From: Cyanophora paradoxa CCMP329
Taxonomy: Eukaryota; Plantae; Glaucophyta
DNA: 64,000 bases
Direction: 5' to 3'
Assembly (NCBI GenBank): GCA_004431415.1
Contig: QPMI01000152.1
Location: forward strand, 186,001-250,000
The position numbers and the translations under genes were made by a program. Numbering within the stretch: position 1 is the first letter of the stretch; every line of letters begins with the position of its first letter. This document shows, piece after piece, positions 13,704-24,378 of this stretch. A model generated the notes under the pieces. The model was given only the letters and a program-made list of their open reading frames with translations, was not told the origin of the DNA and made no database searches.

Positions 13704-14405
13704 TCAGCTCCGTGCTGCGCGCGGGTCATCGGTGCGCGTGCGCGTGCGTGTGCGCGTGCGTGTGCCGCACGCGCACCACTCATCGCGCTGCAGGGCCTCC
13801 GCGTCGTGCCAAAGCTCCTGAGCGGCGGCGCGCCTGTCCTGCTGGACCATCGCCTCGAGTGGAGAGGTCTTAAGGACAAGGCATCGTCTCGAGGACAAGA
13901 CAAGGCATCTTAAGGTCTCGCCTGTAGCGGAGCGCCTGTAGCGGAGCGCGGCACTCAGGAAGCGTCGAGCGAAGGCGTTGGTGCGCCCGTGGCCCCGCTC
14001 GTCCACCTCCACCACAACGACGAAGTGCTCGTACTCAATCAGGAAGTCTGCGACGAAGTGATCAGGAAGTCTGCGAGCAGGATAAACGCGAAAGAAGCAT
14101 GCACCCTGGCGCTTTCGATCCTTTCGATTTCGAAAGGCCTTGTCGCCGTCCACAGGGCTATCGTGCACGATCCGCAGGACCTGCAACACATTGCCCGCGC
14201 CGTGCGCGAGCGCCCAACCGTGCGCCCACTCGTAAAGCTCATGGCGAACAATGAGCTCGTCCGACGTGCCGCTGCCGGGCGGGGGCGAGCGAGCGGGGAG
14301 GCCGGGCGCGGGCAAGAGACGATGCCCTGGGGGAAGGAGCGCGGCGAGCGCTTCCCTCCTCTGCTCGGGCCCCGCGCGCCCGAGCTTGATGTACTTGATG
14401 GGCAT
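13704..14405 (-). CDS. PD-(D/E)xK/Vsr-like endonuclease-fold protein (array member A2), running into a duplicated N-terminal module of its neighbour
   Basis: ORF MPIKYIKL...IVHDSPVDG...ADFLIEYEHFVVVVEVDERGH; D-(x)n-EVDE-x-x-H motif; near-identical copy at 15822-16235. Confidence 0.6.
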   Translation of the reverse strand: MPIKYIKLGRAGPEQRREALAALLPPGHRLLPAPGLPARSPPPGSGTSDELIVRHELYEWAHGWALAHGAGNVLQVLRIVHDSPVDGDKAFRNRKDRKRQGACFFRVYPARRLPDHFVADFLIEYEHFVVVVEVDERGHGRTNAFARRFLSAALRYRRSATGETLRCLVLSSRRCLVLKTSPLEAMVQQDRRAAAQELWHDAEALQRDEWCACGTRTRTRTRTRTDDPRAARS

Positions 14406-14465
14406 TTTCTAATCAATGCGATGTTCCAGAGAAGCTGCAGAGAGAGATGTGTCGAGGGAACAGGC

Positions 14466-15823
14466 AGCTGCAGAGGAAGGATTTTCCGTCAACGAGATTT
14501 CCGTTTCCAATAGGAGGGATCCACAGGTCTACCGCAACTAAGCGAGCCCCGATGGGAGTCCGGGACCCGGCGGATCACCCCTGACCGCCCCCGCTCCGCC
14601 GCCGCCGCCGCCCCCGCGGCCGCCCGCCCGCGCTCCGCCGCCGCGGGGGCGGCCGCCCACGCGGCCGCGCACGCACGCTCCGCCCACGCGCGCTCCGCGC
14701 GCTCCGCCGCCCGCTCGCGCTCGCGCTCGCGCTCCGCCGCCGCCGCCCGCTCGCGCTCCGCCGCCCGCTCGCGCTCCGCCGCCATCGATGCTCGTCGTCA
14801 GGGCGTTGCGCAGGGTCTCCCGGAGCTGCTCGATGCTGGTGTTACAGGGCCGGCTCCACGAATACAGCTCGGGCGGGTTGTAGCGGATGAAGATTGCGGG
14901 CCGCGAGTACTTCTGCTTGATGTCCTCCGTGATCTCCTCCTCCCTTGCCGCCTCCTCTGCAAACAGGTAGTGTCCGAACGCTGCAAAATTGTTGAAGATC
15001 CCGTGCTGCAACTCGTCGACATCGAGCACAATGACACGGTCAGGCAAGACGATCAAGATGTCGGGCCGACGGAATCCGGGGACGTAGTGCGGAATCCCGG
15101 CGACCGTGCAGTCATACAAGACGAAGAACGGCTGGTCGGCGAGGACGAAGACGAAGAGCGACGAAGGCAGCGAGGCGAAGTAGGCGTTGAGGAACGCCAG
15201 CACATAACCCAGCACCCTGAGCTCGGCGCTGCGCACGCGTCATCATTCTCCGCGCTTCTCCGCGCTGCGCGCGCGCACGCGCACCACTCATCGCGCTGCA
15301 GGGTCTCGGGGTCGTGCCAGTGCTCCCGCACGAAGGCGCGCTTGTCCCGGCGCTTGCGCATCGCCTCGAGTGGAGAGATCTTGAGGAGAAGGCATCGCCT
15401 CGCGAGAGGAGAGATAGAGGAGCTCGAGGGGAGACGGGCAGGCTGCAGCTGGGAGAGGTGAGGGGAGGGGAGCACAGACAGCTGCAGAGGAAGGATTTTC
15501 CGTCAACGAGATTTCCGTTTCCAATAGGAAGGATCCACAGGTCTACCGCAACTAAGCGAGCCCCGATGGGAGTCCGGGACCCGGCGGATCACCCCTGACC
15601 GCCCCCGGTCCGCCGCCGCCGCCGCCCCCGCGGCCGCCCGCCCGCGCTCCGCCGCCGCGGGGGCGGCCGCCCACGCGTCCGCGCGCGCACGCTCCGCCCA
15701 CGCGCGCTCCGCGCGCTCCGCCGCCGCCGCCCGCTCGCGCTCGCGCTCCGCCGCCGCCGCCCGCTCGCGCTCCGCCGCCGCCGCCCGCTCGCGCTTCGCC
15801 GCCGCCGCCCGCTCGCGCTCCGC
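14466..15823. repeat. Direct repeat B (~320-345 bp): 14466-14782 and 15479-15823, with internal ccgctcgcgctccgccgccg minisatellite
   Basis: cagctgcagaggaaggattttccgtcaacgagatttccgtttccaatagga...ggatcacccctgaccgcccc occurs twice; encodes AERERAAAA repeats on the minus strand. Confidence 0.95.
14538..15361 (-). CDS. NCLDV-like Vsr/PD-(D/E)xK endonuclease, 2 exons (intron 15229-15284)
   Basis: MRKRRDKRAFVREHWHDPETLQRDEC|AELRVLGYVLAFL...YDCTVAG...RRPDILIVLPDRVIVLDVDELQH...AREEEITEDI...RPAIFIRYNP; motif order RPD / (E/D)VDExQH / FIRxNP matches a nuclease family common in large DNA viruses (recognised from memory, not searched). Confidence 0.7.
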
Positions 15824-16235
15824 CACCACAACGACGAAGTGCTCGAACTCAATCAGGAAGTCTGCGAGCATGAATTACGCAAGCACACGATAAACGCAAA
15901 AGAAGCGTGCACCCGGCCGCATTCGATCCTTGCCGAACAGGTTCTTGTCGCCGTCCACGGGGCTATCGTACACGATCCGCAGGACCTGCAGGACATGGCC
16001 GGCGCCGTGCGCGAGCGACCAGCGGTGCGCCCATTCGTAAAGCTCATGGCGAACAACGAGCTCGTCCGACGCGTCGCTGCCGGGCGAGGGCGAGCGAGCG
16101 GGGAGGCCGGGCGCGGGCAAGAGACGATGCCCTGGGGGAAGGAGCGCGGCGAGCGCTTCCCTCCTCTGCTCGGGCCCCGCGCGCCCGAGCTTGATGTACT
16201 TGATGGGCGCGATTTTCTAATCAATGCGATGTTCC
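15822..16235 (-). pseudogene. Truncated copy (A1) of the 13704-14405 nuclease gene
   Basis: ATG replaced by ATCGCG, internal TAA after YRVLA, and the sequence breaks at FVVVV just before EVDERGH, where the AERER repeat module is joined. Confidence 0.75.
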
Positions 16236-16321
16236 TTGATGTCCGGGTTTTTTGGCCAAATTGGGCAGCGTGGGTACGTGAAGGTTGCGAGTTAGTGCTC
16301 ATTCCGGGGGAAAAAAGCAGA

Positions 16322-17583
16322 ATGGTGCACCTGGCCCCGCCAGCAGCTAGCAGCCCGCTGCAGCCCGCAGTCACTCCATAGGACCGGGCAGCAGCCTGGC
16401 CCATCCTCAGCCCGCCCCGCCAGTCCTGCCTTGCTCTGCGCTGACCCAGTCCCGCCCCTCTCCACCGTGACTCGCCGCAGGTGTTCCACGAGGTAAGCTA
16501 CGCGCTCGCTTCGGTCTGGGCGGCGCTCGCCGATCGCGTGCCTGCCCGCAGTACGAGATCGTCGGCCGGAGGGCGCCGACCGAGAAGGAGCCCAACCCGA
16601 AGCTCTACCGCATGAAGATCTTCGCGAAGAACGATGTCGTCGCGCGTAGCCGCTTCTGGTGCGCGTGTGCCGCCCGGTTGCTCGCGCCGAGCTAAACCAG
16701 CTCAGGTACTACCTCTCCCAGCTCCACAAGCTGAAGAAGTACAAGGGCCAGATCCTCTCGTGCAAGGAGGTATGCGATCGCAATCGCACATGCGCAGCTG
16801 CAGTGCGCCGATCGCCCGCTAGATCTTCGAGAAGAAGCCAGACGTCATCAAGAACTACGGCATCTGGATCCGCTACAACAGCCGCAGCGGCACGCACAAC
16901 ATGTACAAGGAGTACCGCGAGACTACCCTCACCAACTCGATCTCCCGCATGTGTGAGTGCAGCTCGCTGGGAACGGGCCCCGGCGCTGGAGAGGGACGCA
17001 CCCACAGCGAGGCGTGGCGGCGTTTGGCGCCTAGTCGCATTGCACCATAGCATAGTTGGGGAGGCGTCGCGCGTGGCGCGGCGGTCTTTGCGTGTGGCAC
17101 CGGGGCGCTCGCGGAGTTGCTGACAATGCTACCGCGCACAGACGCCGAGATGGCCTCGCGCCACCGTGCTCGTTTCTCGAGCATCCAGATCATCCGCACC
17201 GGCGTGATCCCGACCAGCCAGTGCCGCCGCTCGAACACCCTGCAGTTCCTGGTGCGCGTGCCGCGCTCCCCCCCCCCTTCGCCACCTGCCCCCCCCTGAC
17301 CCGAACCGACCCGTGATCGCGTCGCCTTGCGCTTTAGACCTCCAAGATCAAGTTCCCGCTGCCGCACAAGGTCGTCCGCCCCGCCCAGAAGAAGTTCGTC
17401 ACGACCTTCAAGGTACGCTCTGTTCAGCTCGGCAACCTGCTTCCACCAGCTGACAATGTAATGATGCATGTGCGCTCTCGTCACGCAATCTGCAGGCGAA
17501 GCGTGCGCTCTGTTTTGCAGCTTGTCTGTGTTTTCATGCTACTGTGCTGACGAACTCTTGCAGGCCCGTCGACTTACTTCTAA
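16322..17583 (+). CDS. RPL18A: 60S ribosomal protein L18a (eL20)
   Basis: M|VFHE|[47 protein letters not shown]...[23 protein letters not shown]...[16 protein letters not shown]...IKFPLPHK...TTFK|AK|RPSTYF*. Confidence 0.98.
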
Positions 17584-17869
17584 GTCTCCTGTGCAATTGC
17601 ACATCTCGATTGCTGTGGTCTGGAACACCTCATGCTGTGATTTCTATCAATTCGAGGCCCCCCGTTCTTCGAACATATGGCCAAGCCCTCATGCATGTTG
17701 GGGCTTGCGGAAACGTGCACGCGCACCACTTGTCTGATGGGGCAAACAGAAACTCAGTAAAAAAACGACAACACTATCTGAGACAGAAACATGCAGATTC
17801 AAAGAGCAATATCCATGTTGCTCATCTCTGGACTGGTCTCACTATCTCTAGCCAGCATTCAGGGAAAGG

Positions 17870-18648
17870 TCACAACTTGCCCTTTGCCAGGTTTTTGAGG
17901 ATGCTCTTGGTATAGATCCAGAAAAGCTTGCCTCTGCGAAGCACGGAACTCAGGCGAGGGACGTGAATGTACTTGAAAGGGACACACAGTGTGCGGAAGT
18001 CGAGGGTGCTAGAGAAGGTGTCTGCGATTCCGAAGGGGAGCATAGCCGGGATGAAGCCGCGGGCATACTCAAGAGCCCAGCAGTACTCCGGAATCTTGTA
18101 GGCTTCAGCCTCGCCCCGCGGCAGGTGGTGCATATCGCCCGGCTTGAAGACCATGCGTTCGAGCTGTCCCGGACGGAATCCCCACTGCTCCCCCTTCAGA
18201 ATATAGAAATAGTCGTCGGCCATGAAGCGCCCGGTATGGCCCTCCGTGCCAACTGTGCAGCGGACGGCGTTGGAATGGCGCCAGCCAGCAGCGCGCTCGA
18301 ACCGCGAACTCACTCGGCGAGCCGAAGATAATCAAATACTCAGTGATGGAGGCGTGAATGATGTACATAGAGCCCATAGCGCCGCCTGCATTGTTGAAGA
18401 GCCACTCCTGGCGCAGGTTGAGGTGACCGGCGTACTTCTTGTTCAGCTTTTCGACGATAACCTCGATGAGCTTGTCCATAGGGAGGTTACGCGCTGAACG
18501 TAGCGCATGAATACCGCGCTAGCGGGGCCGCGCGCACGCGCGGCGGCGACTCTAAATACACGTCGCGGCGGCGCATCTAAACACGCCGCGCACCGACGAC
18601 ATCCTTGGCGATGCCGTGAAGCGTGTCGGGGTCGAAAATGTAGCCCAT
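17870..18648 (-). CDS. ERG2: C-8 sterol isomerase / sigma-1 receptor family protein
   Basis: MGYIFDPDTLHGIAK...[55 protein letters not shown]...CWALEYARGFIPAMLPFGIADTFSSTLD; diagnostic ERG2 motifs. Confidence 0.95.
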
Positions 18649-18786
18649 GGCGGGCTAGCTAAGTCAGTTGCAACTGCGGCCGCCGAAGCAAGTGGCTTGC
18701 TCTCTCTACGTACCCCCCTCGGAATGGCGCGGGTGGCGACATGGCATATACCACGAGCATATGCATGTAAATTGGACACGTCGACA

Positions 18787-18826
18787 AGGATATGGACGTC
18801 GAACGGCAGGATATGGACGTCGAACG
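18787..18826 (+). repeat. 19-bp direct repeat (aggatatggacgtcgaacg x2, 21-bp period)
   Basis: Copies at 18787-18805 and 18808-18826, between the PUM3 stop and the ERG2 start. Confidence 0.85.
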
Positions 18827-18838
18827 ACAGTGCTACTG

Positions 18839-21530
18839 CTACAAGAGGGAAAGGATGAGCTTTTGACCGGGCCCCTCGGCAGACTTCACCGCTGCTAGGT
18901 GGGGCTTCAGGGCTGCCTTGGTTGCAGCAGCCGTGGATGCATGCTCGATGAGGCTGACCACAACGAATGCCGCAAACCTGTCCGTCGCGAACTCCTTGAT
19001 GCTCCCTTTGACTTTCTTCAGAAGAATCTGGGGGAACGGGTGCGCTGAACGTCTGTCAGCAGAGCATCTTTCTTGGAGGGCGGAATTCCGCGAACCTGCA
19101 TCGCAGTGCTTCACCACGTCTTTGATCAACCTTGATACGCGTCCATCTGTGAGGAGAACCTGCCCTGCAGAAGGCTCTTCATCTTCTTGACTCTCACTGG
19201 CAGACTTGGATGTGGATGCCTCTGCAACGGATTGGCCAACTTTGCTCTGGTCCTCTGCACGAAACATGAGCTCATTCGATCGAAGACTGGCCGCACCGCG
19301 CAAAAGCACCCGTGATGTTGAGCACAATCTCTCGTAACACTTCAGAGCCCTCCTTGGATGAGAGCAGAGCCTGAGCATTCGTTTCCACCAAGGAAATCAA
19401 GCTAGGCGAGATGTGAGTCAAGAGCTCTTTCCGCCGCTGTTCAGCATCCTTCTTGCTGCAGGAAGGAGTAAGTCAATGAAAATAGTGTCAAGCACAAGAG
19501 CAAGACCCCCCTGACCTTGTGAGCAGCAGATTCTGGGCCTCAGAATCAGAGAGAGCTGCAATTTTAGGGAATGGCTGCATAATCTCCAACACGCTTGGAC
19601 AGAAGTAGCGCCCATTGGAAGGCGACAACAAGTGGAGAATGACTTTGCGAGCGTGTTGGTGGAGGCAGACATCTAGCATGGATCCTGAGAGTTCCTAAAG
19701 AGGAATCAGTGTCTAAAATTGGATTGATGGAAAACGCGCAGCAATGAATGAGTGGAAAACTCACAGACAAAATGTTCTTTTGGACAAGAACGGTGTCATC
19801 GACAACATCCAGCAGGCGGCACACAACGAGATGAGCTACGCAAGGTATGAGATCAAGATCAGGCGGGTCTCCAGCAGAAACACTCACCGAACTCTCCCAT
19901 GGCCATCTCAACCACCAATCCCTTCAAGGATTTGATAATTCGTTTCCGGTCCTATTTGAAAAGTAAGAAATCATGTTTGGAGACCGTCACCTCAACACAC
20001 TTTTGCTGAACTGTAGGCGAGAATAATGCAGGCAGCACGTGATCCATCTCGAGTGTGACAGAGCTCCGCTACGTGCTCACACAGGTTGGTGATTGAGTCA
20101 GCAACACCTGTTGCACTTGCGAGCCTGCCGGGGCTGTTCAGAGAGAGCTAACCACTCCGACAACCAACTACTCACGAAAGATAGTCGAACAAGGCCCGAT
20201 GGATAATGCCTGCGGGCTAATCAGGCACGCGCTAGAGAAAAACTACCGATGAAGACAAGGTCGCACTGTGCCGCAGCAAGCCTTTGGCAACGCACACGTT
20301 GACGGTCTTGGCAAGGTTCTTGATGACAGAACCCTGCTTATCAGGGTGTTCTGCAAGAATCTGCTGCACTGATGTGTGCGTTTTGTCCTGCAACCCAGTC
20401 AGCTAACAGAGGAAGATTGTTCAAGAAGCAATCACCTGGAACAAGGTGAGCTCTGGACCATAAAACTCCAGCAACAGGTGCGTTCTCTGCTCTGCATTGG
20501 CGATATCTGCGTACTGCAGATGTGCGTAAGTTCTTGAGCTGCAGCAATGGAGGAAACGGAAGGACTGACTATGTACTCCAGAACCTTTGATGCTTGCTTT
20601 TGTGGACGCAAGATCGCCCAATCAGCATTTGACGCTCACACAACTGCATGAGTGCAGACCTTGTGCTTGATCAGAGTGCCGACATAACCATAGAACTCCC
20701 TGATAATGATGTCGCGCTGAGGCTTGGTGCCGTACTTCAGCAACCTCCGGATGAGGAATTGGCCGTATATATCCTTGGCCATGCGTTTGGCCTCGCCTAC
20801 GCGTCGGCGAACGTACGCACTTCAGCCTCGCCAAGCCCGAACGAGGACAAGCCGCACCTTTGAGCTCTTTCGAGATAACGGCGCGGTGCTCCGCACTGCC
20901 GTGCTTGAGAATCGACTGCACAATTCGGCACCCTGAACGCGTAGCCTGTAAGCAGCGCCGGTGCGTGGCAGAGCGGGAGCATGAACCGTCGTGCTTGAGG
21001 CAGACCTCCTTCAAGCCCTTGCCGCCCGCGCGCATTAGCTCGAGGAGCTGGCTGCACAGTTCAACTTTCTCGTTGTCTGTCGGCGCCTGCGAGCGCGCCC
21101 CCGAGCCCTTCGCGTGCCTGCATGCTTCAAGGTCACGCGTATGCTTTCAGATCGGTCGCGATCGCGCACCGCTTCTCGAGTGCCTTCATGCGCAGCTTCT
21201 CCCATAAAAGCTTAGCATCGTGCACGACCGCTCGCGACGGGTTCTGCGAGAACTTCTTCTCTCGCAAGGCGATCTTCTTGTCGGATCCTGCACGCCAGGG
21301 CGATCGAGAGTGCCGTGAGCGGGCAGACGCGCGGGGACAATACATGCGTAGCGCGTACGCTTAGCGGGCGCTGCCGGCGCGGCCTCCCGAGGGCGCTTGC
21401 TGCCCGCAGCGCTTGCCTTGCCGCCCTGGGGCTTGGCGGGGCGCACAGCCTTCCCATCGCCCACTCTCTGCTTCTTGCTAGCTGCGCCGCTGCCAGACGG
21501 CTTGCTTGGGCGCTTGCTTGTGGGCGGCAT
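18839..21530 (-). CDS. PUM3: Pumilio homology domain nucleolar protein (PUF6/PUM3/APUM24 family)
   Basis: Lys-rich N-terminus, AKLLWEKLR, LKHDG(C)RIVQSILKHGS, LLLEFYGPEL, LCHTRDGSRAACIILAYSSAK, LLDVVDDTVLV and CPL-like RKVILHLLSP..RYF. Confidence 0.9.
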
Positions 21531-21668
21531 CAGGCGGGTACTGAAAAACTTTCGGGGCCGCTGGACTCGGGTTCGCGATTAGCTAGAGCAGAGGATTCGA
21601 CGTAGCTAGCTAGGAGCTAAAGCTCGAGGCGCTTCGCGACGCCCGGTCGCGCCGGTTGGGCGTGAAAC

Positions 21669-22878
21669 ATGGCGCTCTCTAGCGCAGTTTACGTCGGCAG
21701 CGTGTACCACGGGCGGTGAGGGCGCGCACAGCGCACACGCGGAGCCGGGCTGACGCGCGCGGGCAGGAAGGCGCCCCGGCACGCGTTCTCGTACAATGTG
21801 TACATGCTATTCCTCGACCTGCAGGAGCTGACGCGGCTATCTCTGCCGCCTCTGTTCTCCACGATCAGGCGTGCACTTCCACGCGCGCTTTTTGTCCGCG
21901 CGCTTGACGCCACCGCAGCTGGCTGCCCGCGATCTTTTGGTTCCGGCGCAGCGATTTCTTGGGCGATTCCTCCGTGCCCATTGATGAAGCCGTGCGCAAC
22001 TGCGTCGAGAAGCAAACCGGTGCCTGCGTCGTACGTGATCAGCTCACGGCAGTCTCACCGTAGTGCAGGCAAGCGGCCGACAGGGAGAATCTGTCTTCTG
22101 ACACATATCAGGACGTGGTTCTTCCTATTCAATCCGGTGTCCTTCTATTATTGTTATGACGAGGATGACAAGCTGCAATGCATTGTGGCTGAGGGTGCGG
22201 CCGCCGTTTCTGTAAGCAAGCAAAGCCATGAACACTGTGGTGTCGCAGTTAGCAACACTCCCTGGTTGGAGAGGCATGCATACGTCTTGCAACCAGGGAA
22301 AGCTGCCAATAAGGATGAGCCGAATGATCAATGCACTTTTGTTTGTGAGCCTTTTGAGAAGGTGTGGATCTCATGCCATTTCTGAGTGTGAGGTGCTCGT
22401 TCTCAGTTCCTTTGCGCAGATATTCCATGTCTGTCTTACATTCTGAGCCTTTGACGAATTGAGAGAGGTCTTGCTGACAACCGAACCAGGTCTCACCATT
22501 CTTTTCCTTGGATTACACAGAGGACTGGAGGTTCAGCGTCCCAGGACAGGATTTGCACGTTGTCATGAAGAACATTTCGAAATCGGACGGCACCAAACAC
22601 TTCGATGCAGTGTTGAAACTCAAGCGCAAGGAGTTCTCCACTTTCAATCTCGTTAGCTGCCTGGTTTGCTATCCACTCATGACTCTGAAAGTGAGTGCAA
22701 ATATTAGAAATCATTCCTTTTTTACGGCAGCTGACCTGAACTGTTCTATCAGGTCGTGGCTGGAATCTACATCCACGCCCTCCGGCTTTTCCGCAAGGGC
22801 GCCACATTCTATCCGAATCCTCGGGGCACTGAGACCATCTTCTCCCGTGCTGTCGCCTGGATCTCGTCTTGGATGTGA
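21669..22878 (+). CDS. DUF1365 family protein
   Basis: SAVYVGSVYHGR...HAFSYNVYMLFLDL, FNPVSFYYCYD, AEVSNTPWLERHAY, KIFHVSPF, PLMTLKVVAGIYIHALRLFRKG. Confidence 0.9.
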
Positions 22879-23096
22879 GTCCGTGTATAGAGTTTGTTTG
22901 TACTGTGAATTACAGATTATATATATACGTTCACGTGTGCCGCACGAACCGAATCAGCACGGGGGTCAGCGGGGTGTACGTACCCCCCTCACCAAAGATC
23001 GGACTGCTCGCGATCAGCGCGCTAGCTAAAGCTGCGGTATCTAGCGCCTGAAAGCACATTGAGCGAGCACAATCTGCCTGCGAGAGCAGCCACGAG

Positions 23097-23895
23097 ATGC
23101 AGGCCTTCGTCCTCCCGGTGCGAAGTCGGGTTCGTTGTCTTGCGCTCAGCCAGCGCTGATATGCATCCCCGCAGGCTCCAGGTGTTGCGTACGCAACACG
23201 GGGCGCCCCGGTTGTGCCCGAAGCGGCGCGCACGCCAACGCGCGTGCCGGTAGCTCTAGCTACGTCGTTCTTTGGTACTCCAGCCCGCTGCCTCTTTGAG
23301 CACTGCGGACAAAGCAAGGGCACCATCAGCTTTCATGTGCATGCATCTGGAGGCCCACCTGGCACAACACGCCGCACGTCGCGTATGGCAGAATTGATCA
23401 AGCGCGAGGTCAGCCTCCTTCTCTCGAACGGCATCAAGGACAGCCGCGTCAGTGGAATGGTCAGCGTAACGCATGTCGACGTATCAAACGATATGTCTTT
23501 CTGCAAGGTGCGGTGGCATTTGGCATTTTTCGGACCAGTGCTCAGACTCGCTCGCCGCACAGATCTTCGTCAGCATCTACGGATCGGAGCAGGATAAGAA
23601 AAACGCGATGGACGGCCTCAAGTCAGCTTCCGGTTTCGTTCGGAGGCACCTCGGCACTCGCCTGACGTCCAGGTTGACCCCTCAGGTCAACTTTATTGAA
23701 GACAGGTGCCCTGCGAGCGACTTCTCGCTTACACATCTCTTTGTGAATAACCTCGCATCCTGAAGGTCTTTCGATGACGGCTTCCGAGTTTCCCAGCTCC
23801 TCCATAAGATCAAAGAGGAGAGGAAGCCACTCTCATCAGACATTGATTCAGCATTAGCTAACTTTGAAGACGATGACGATGAGGACGAAAAGTAA
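23097..23895 (+). CDS. rbfA: Plastid ribosome-binding factor A with transit peptide
   Basis: MQAFVLP- transit peptide, then [27 protein letters not shown]...[23 protein letters not shown]...[30 protein letters not shown]; cyanobacterial-type RbfA. Confidence 0.93.
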
Positions 23896-24378
23896 TTAGG
23901 ATCAGCTTTATTACAGGTGCTTCTTCGCAAAATATAGATGTAGGCTCTTCGTTTACGGTTCCGCAGTACTAAATGGAAGAAAGAGTGTCTGGGGTCAGGC
24001 CTAGCGCATTTGGACACGAATTAAAACCGCAACGTCCGGTCTACACGTGTTGGAGATGTAACTGCGGCCGCCGTCGCCGCGGGCCCAGCCCACCGAGCTC
24101 GCGTATGCACGCAGCTGGCGATATCTAGAATTGGGCTTATGCATGCGAATTGGTCCTGTACATGCAACGCCCTACGCCTGTGCATGTAACGCAATTGGAA
24201 TCAGAAATTGTGCGGCTGTGGTGGGCTGCCGCACTGCGTGCACGTGAATGATTCCCGGCGGAAAGCAGAGTCAACGTTGCTGAAGAATGAAATCTTCACA
24301 TGCATAACGTCCGAGGGTGTGTCAGCTACAGTAAGAATAGTTACTGCGACCGCAAATAAGCTGGGCCTGCTAAAGTCT

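Larger units (their letters stand above)
13541..15395. repeat. Repeat C, three copies (~13541-13690, ~13693-13870, ~15208-15395), each carrying the same intron
   Basis: cccagcaccct(c/g)agctc...gcgcaccactcatcgcgctgcaggg is present three times. Confidence 0.9.
14008..16235. repeat. Direct repeat A (~415 bp): 14008-14426 and 15822-16235
   Basis: Long near-identical stretches, e.g. gggcgagcgagcggggaggccgggcgcgggcaagagacgatgccctgggggaaggagcgcggcgagcgcttccctcctctgctcggg in both copies. Confidence 0.95.

Noticed and set aside
13541-15823. Interspersed repeats read as a CRISPR-like array
   Set aside because: Units are 150-400 bp coding duplications without regular repeat-spacer periodicity; eukaryotic context and no cas genes.
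12200-16235. Intact transposon or endogenous virus
   Set aside because: No transposase, reverse transcriptase, integrase, capsid or polymerase motifs, and no terminal repeats or target-site duplication were identified.
17412-17495. C/D snoRNA in an RPL18A intron (ATGATG motif)
   Set aside because: No downstream CTGA box or terminal stem within the intron.
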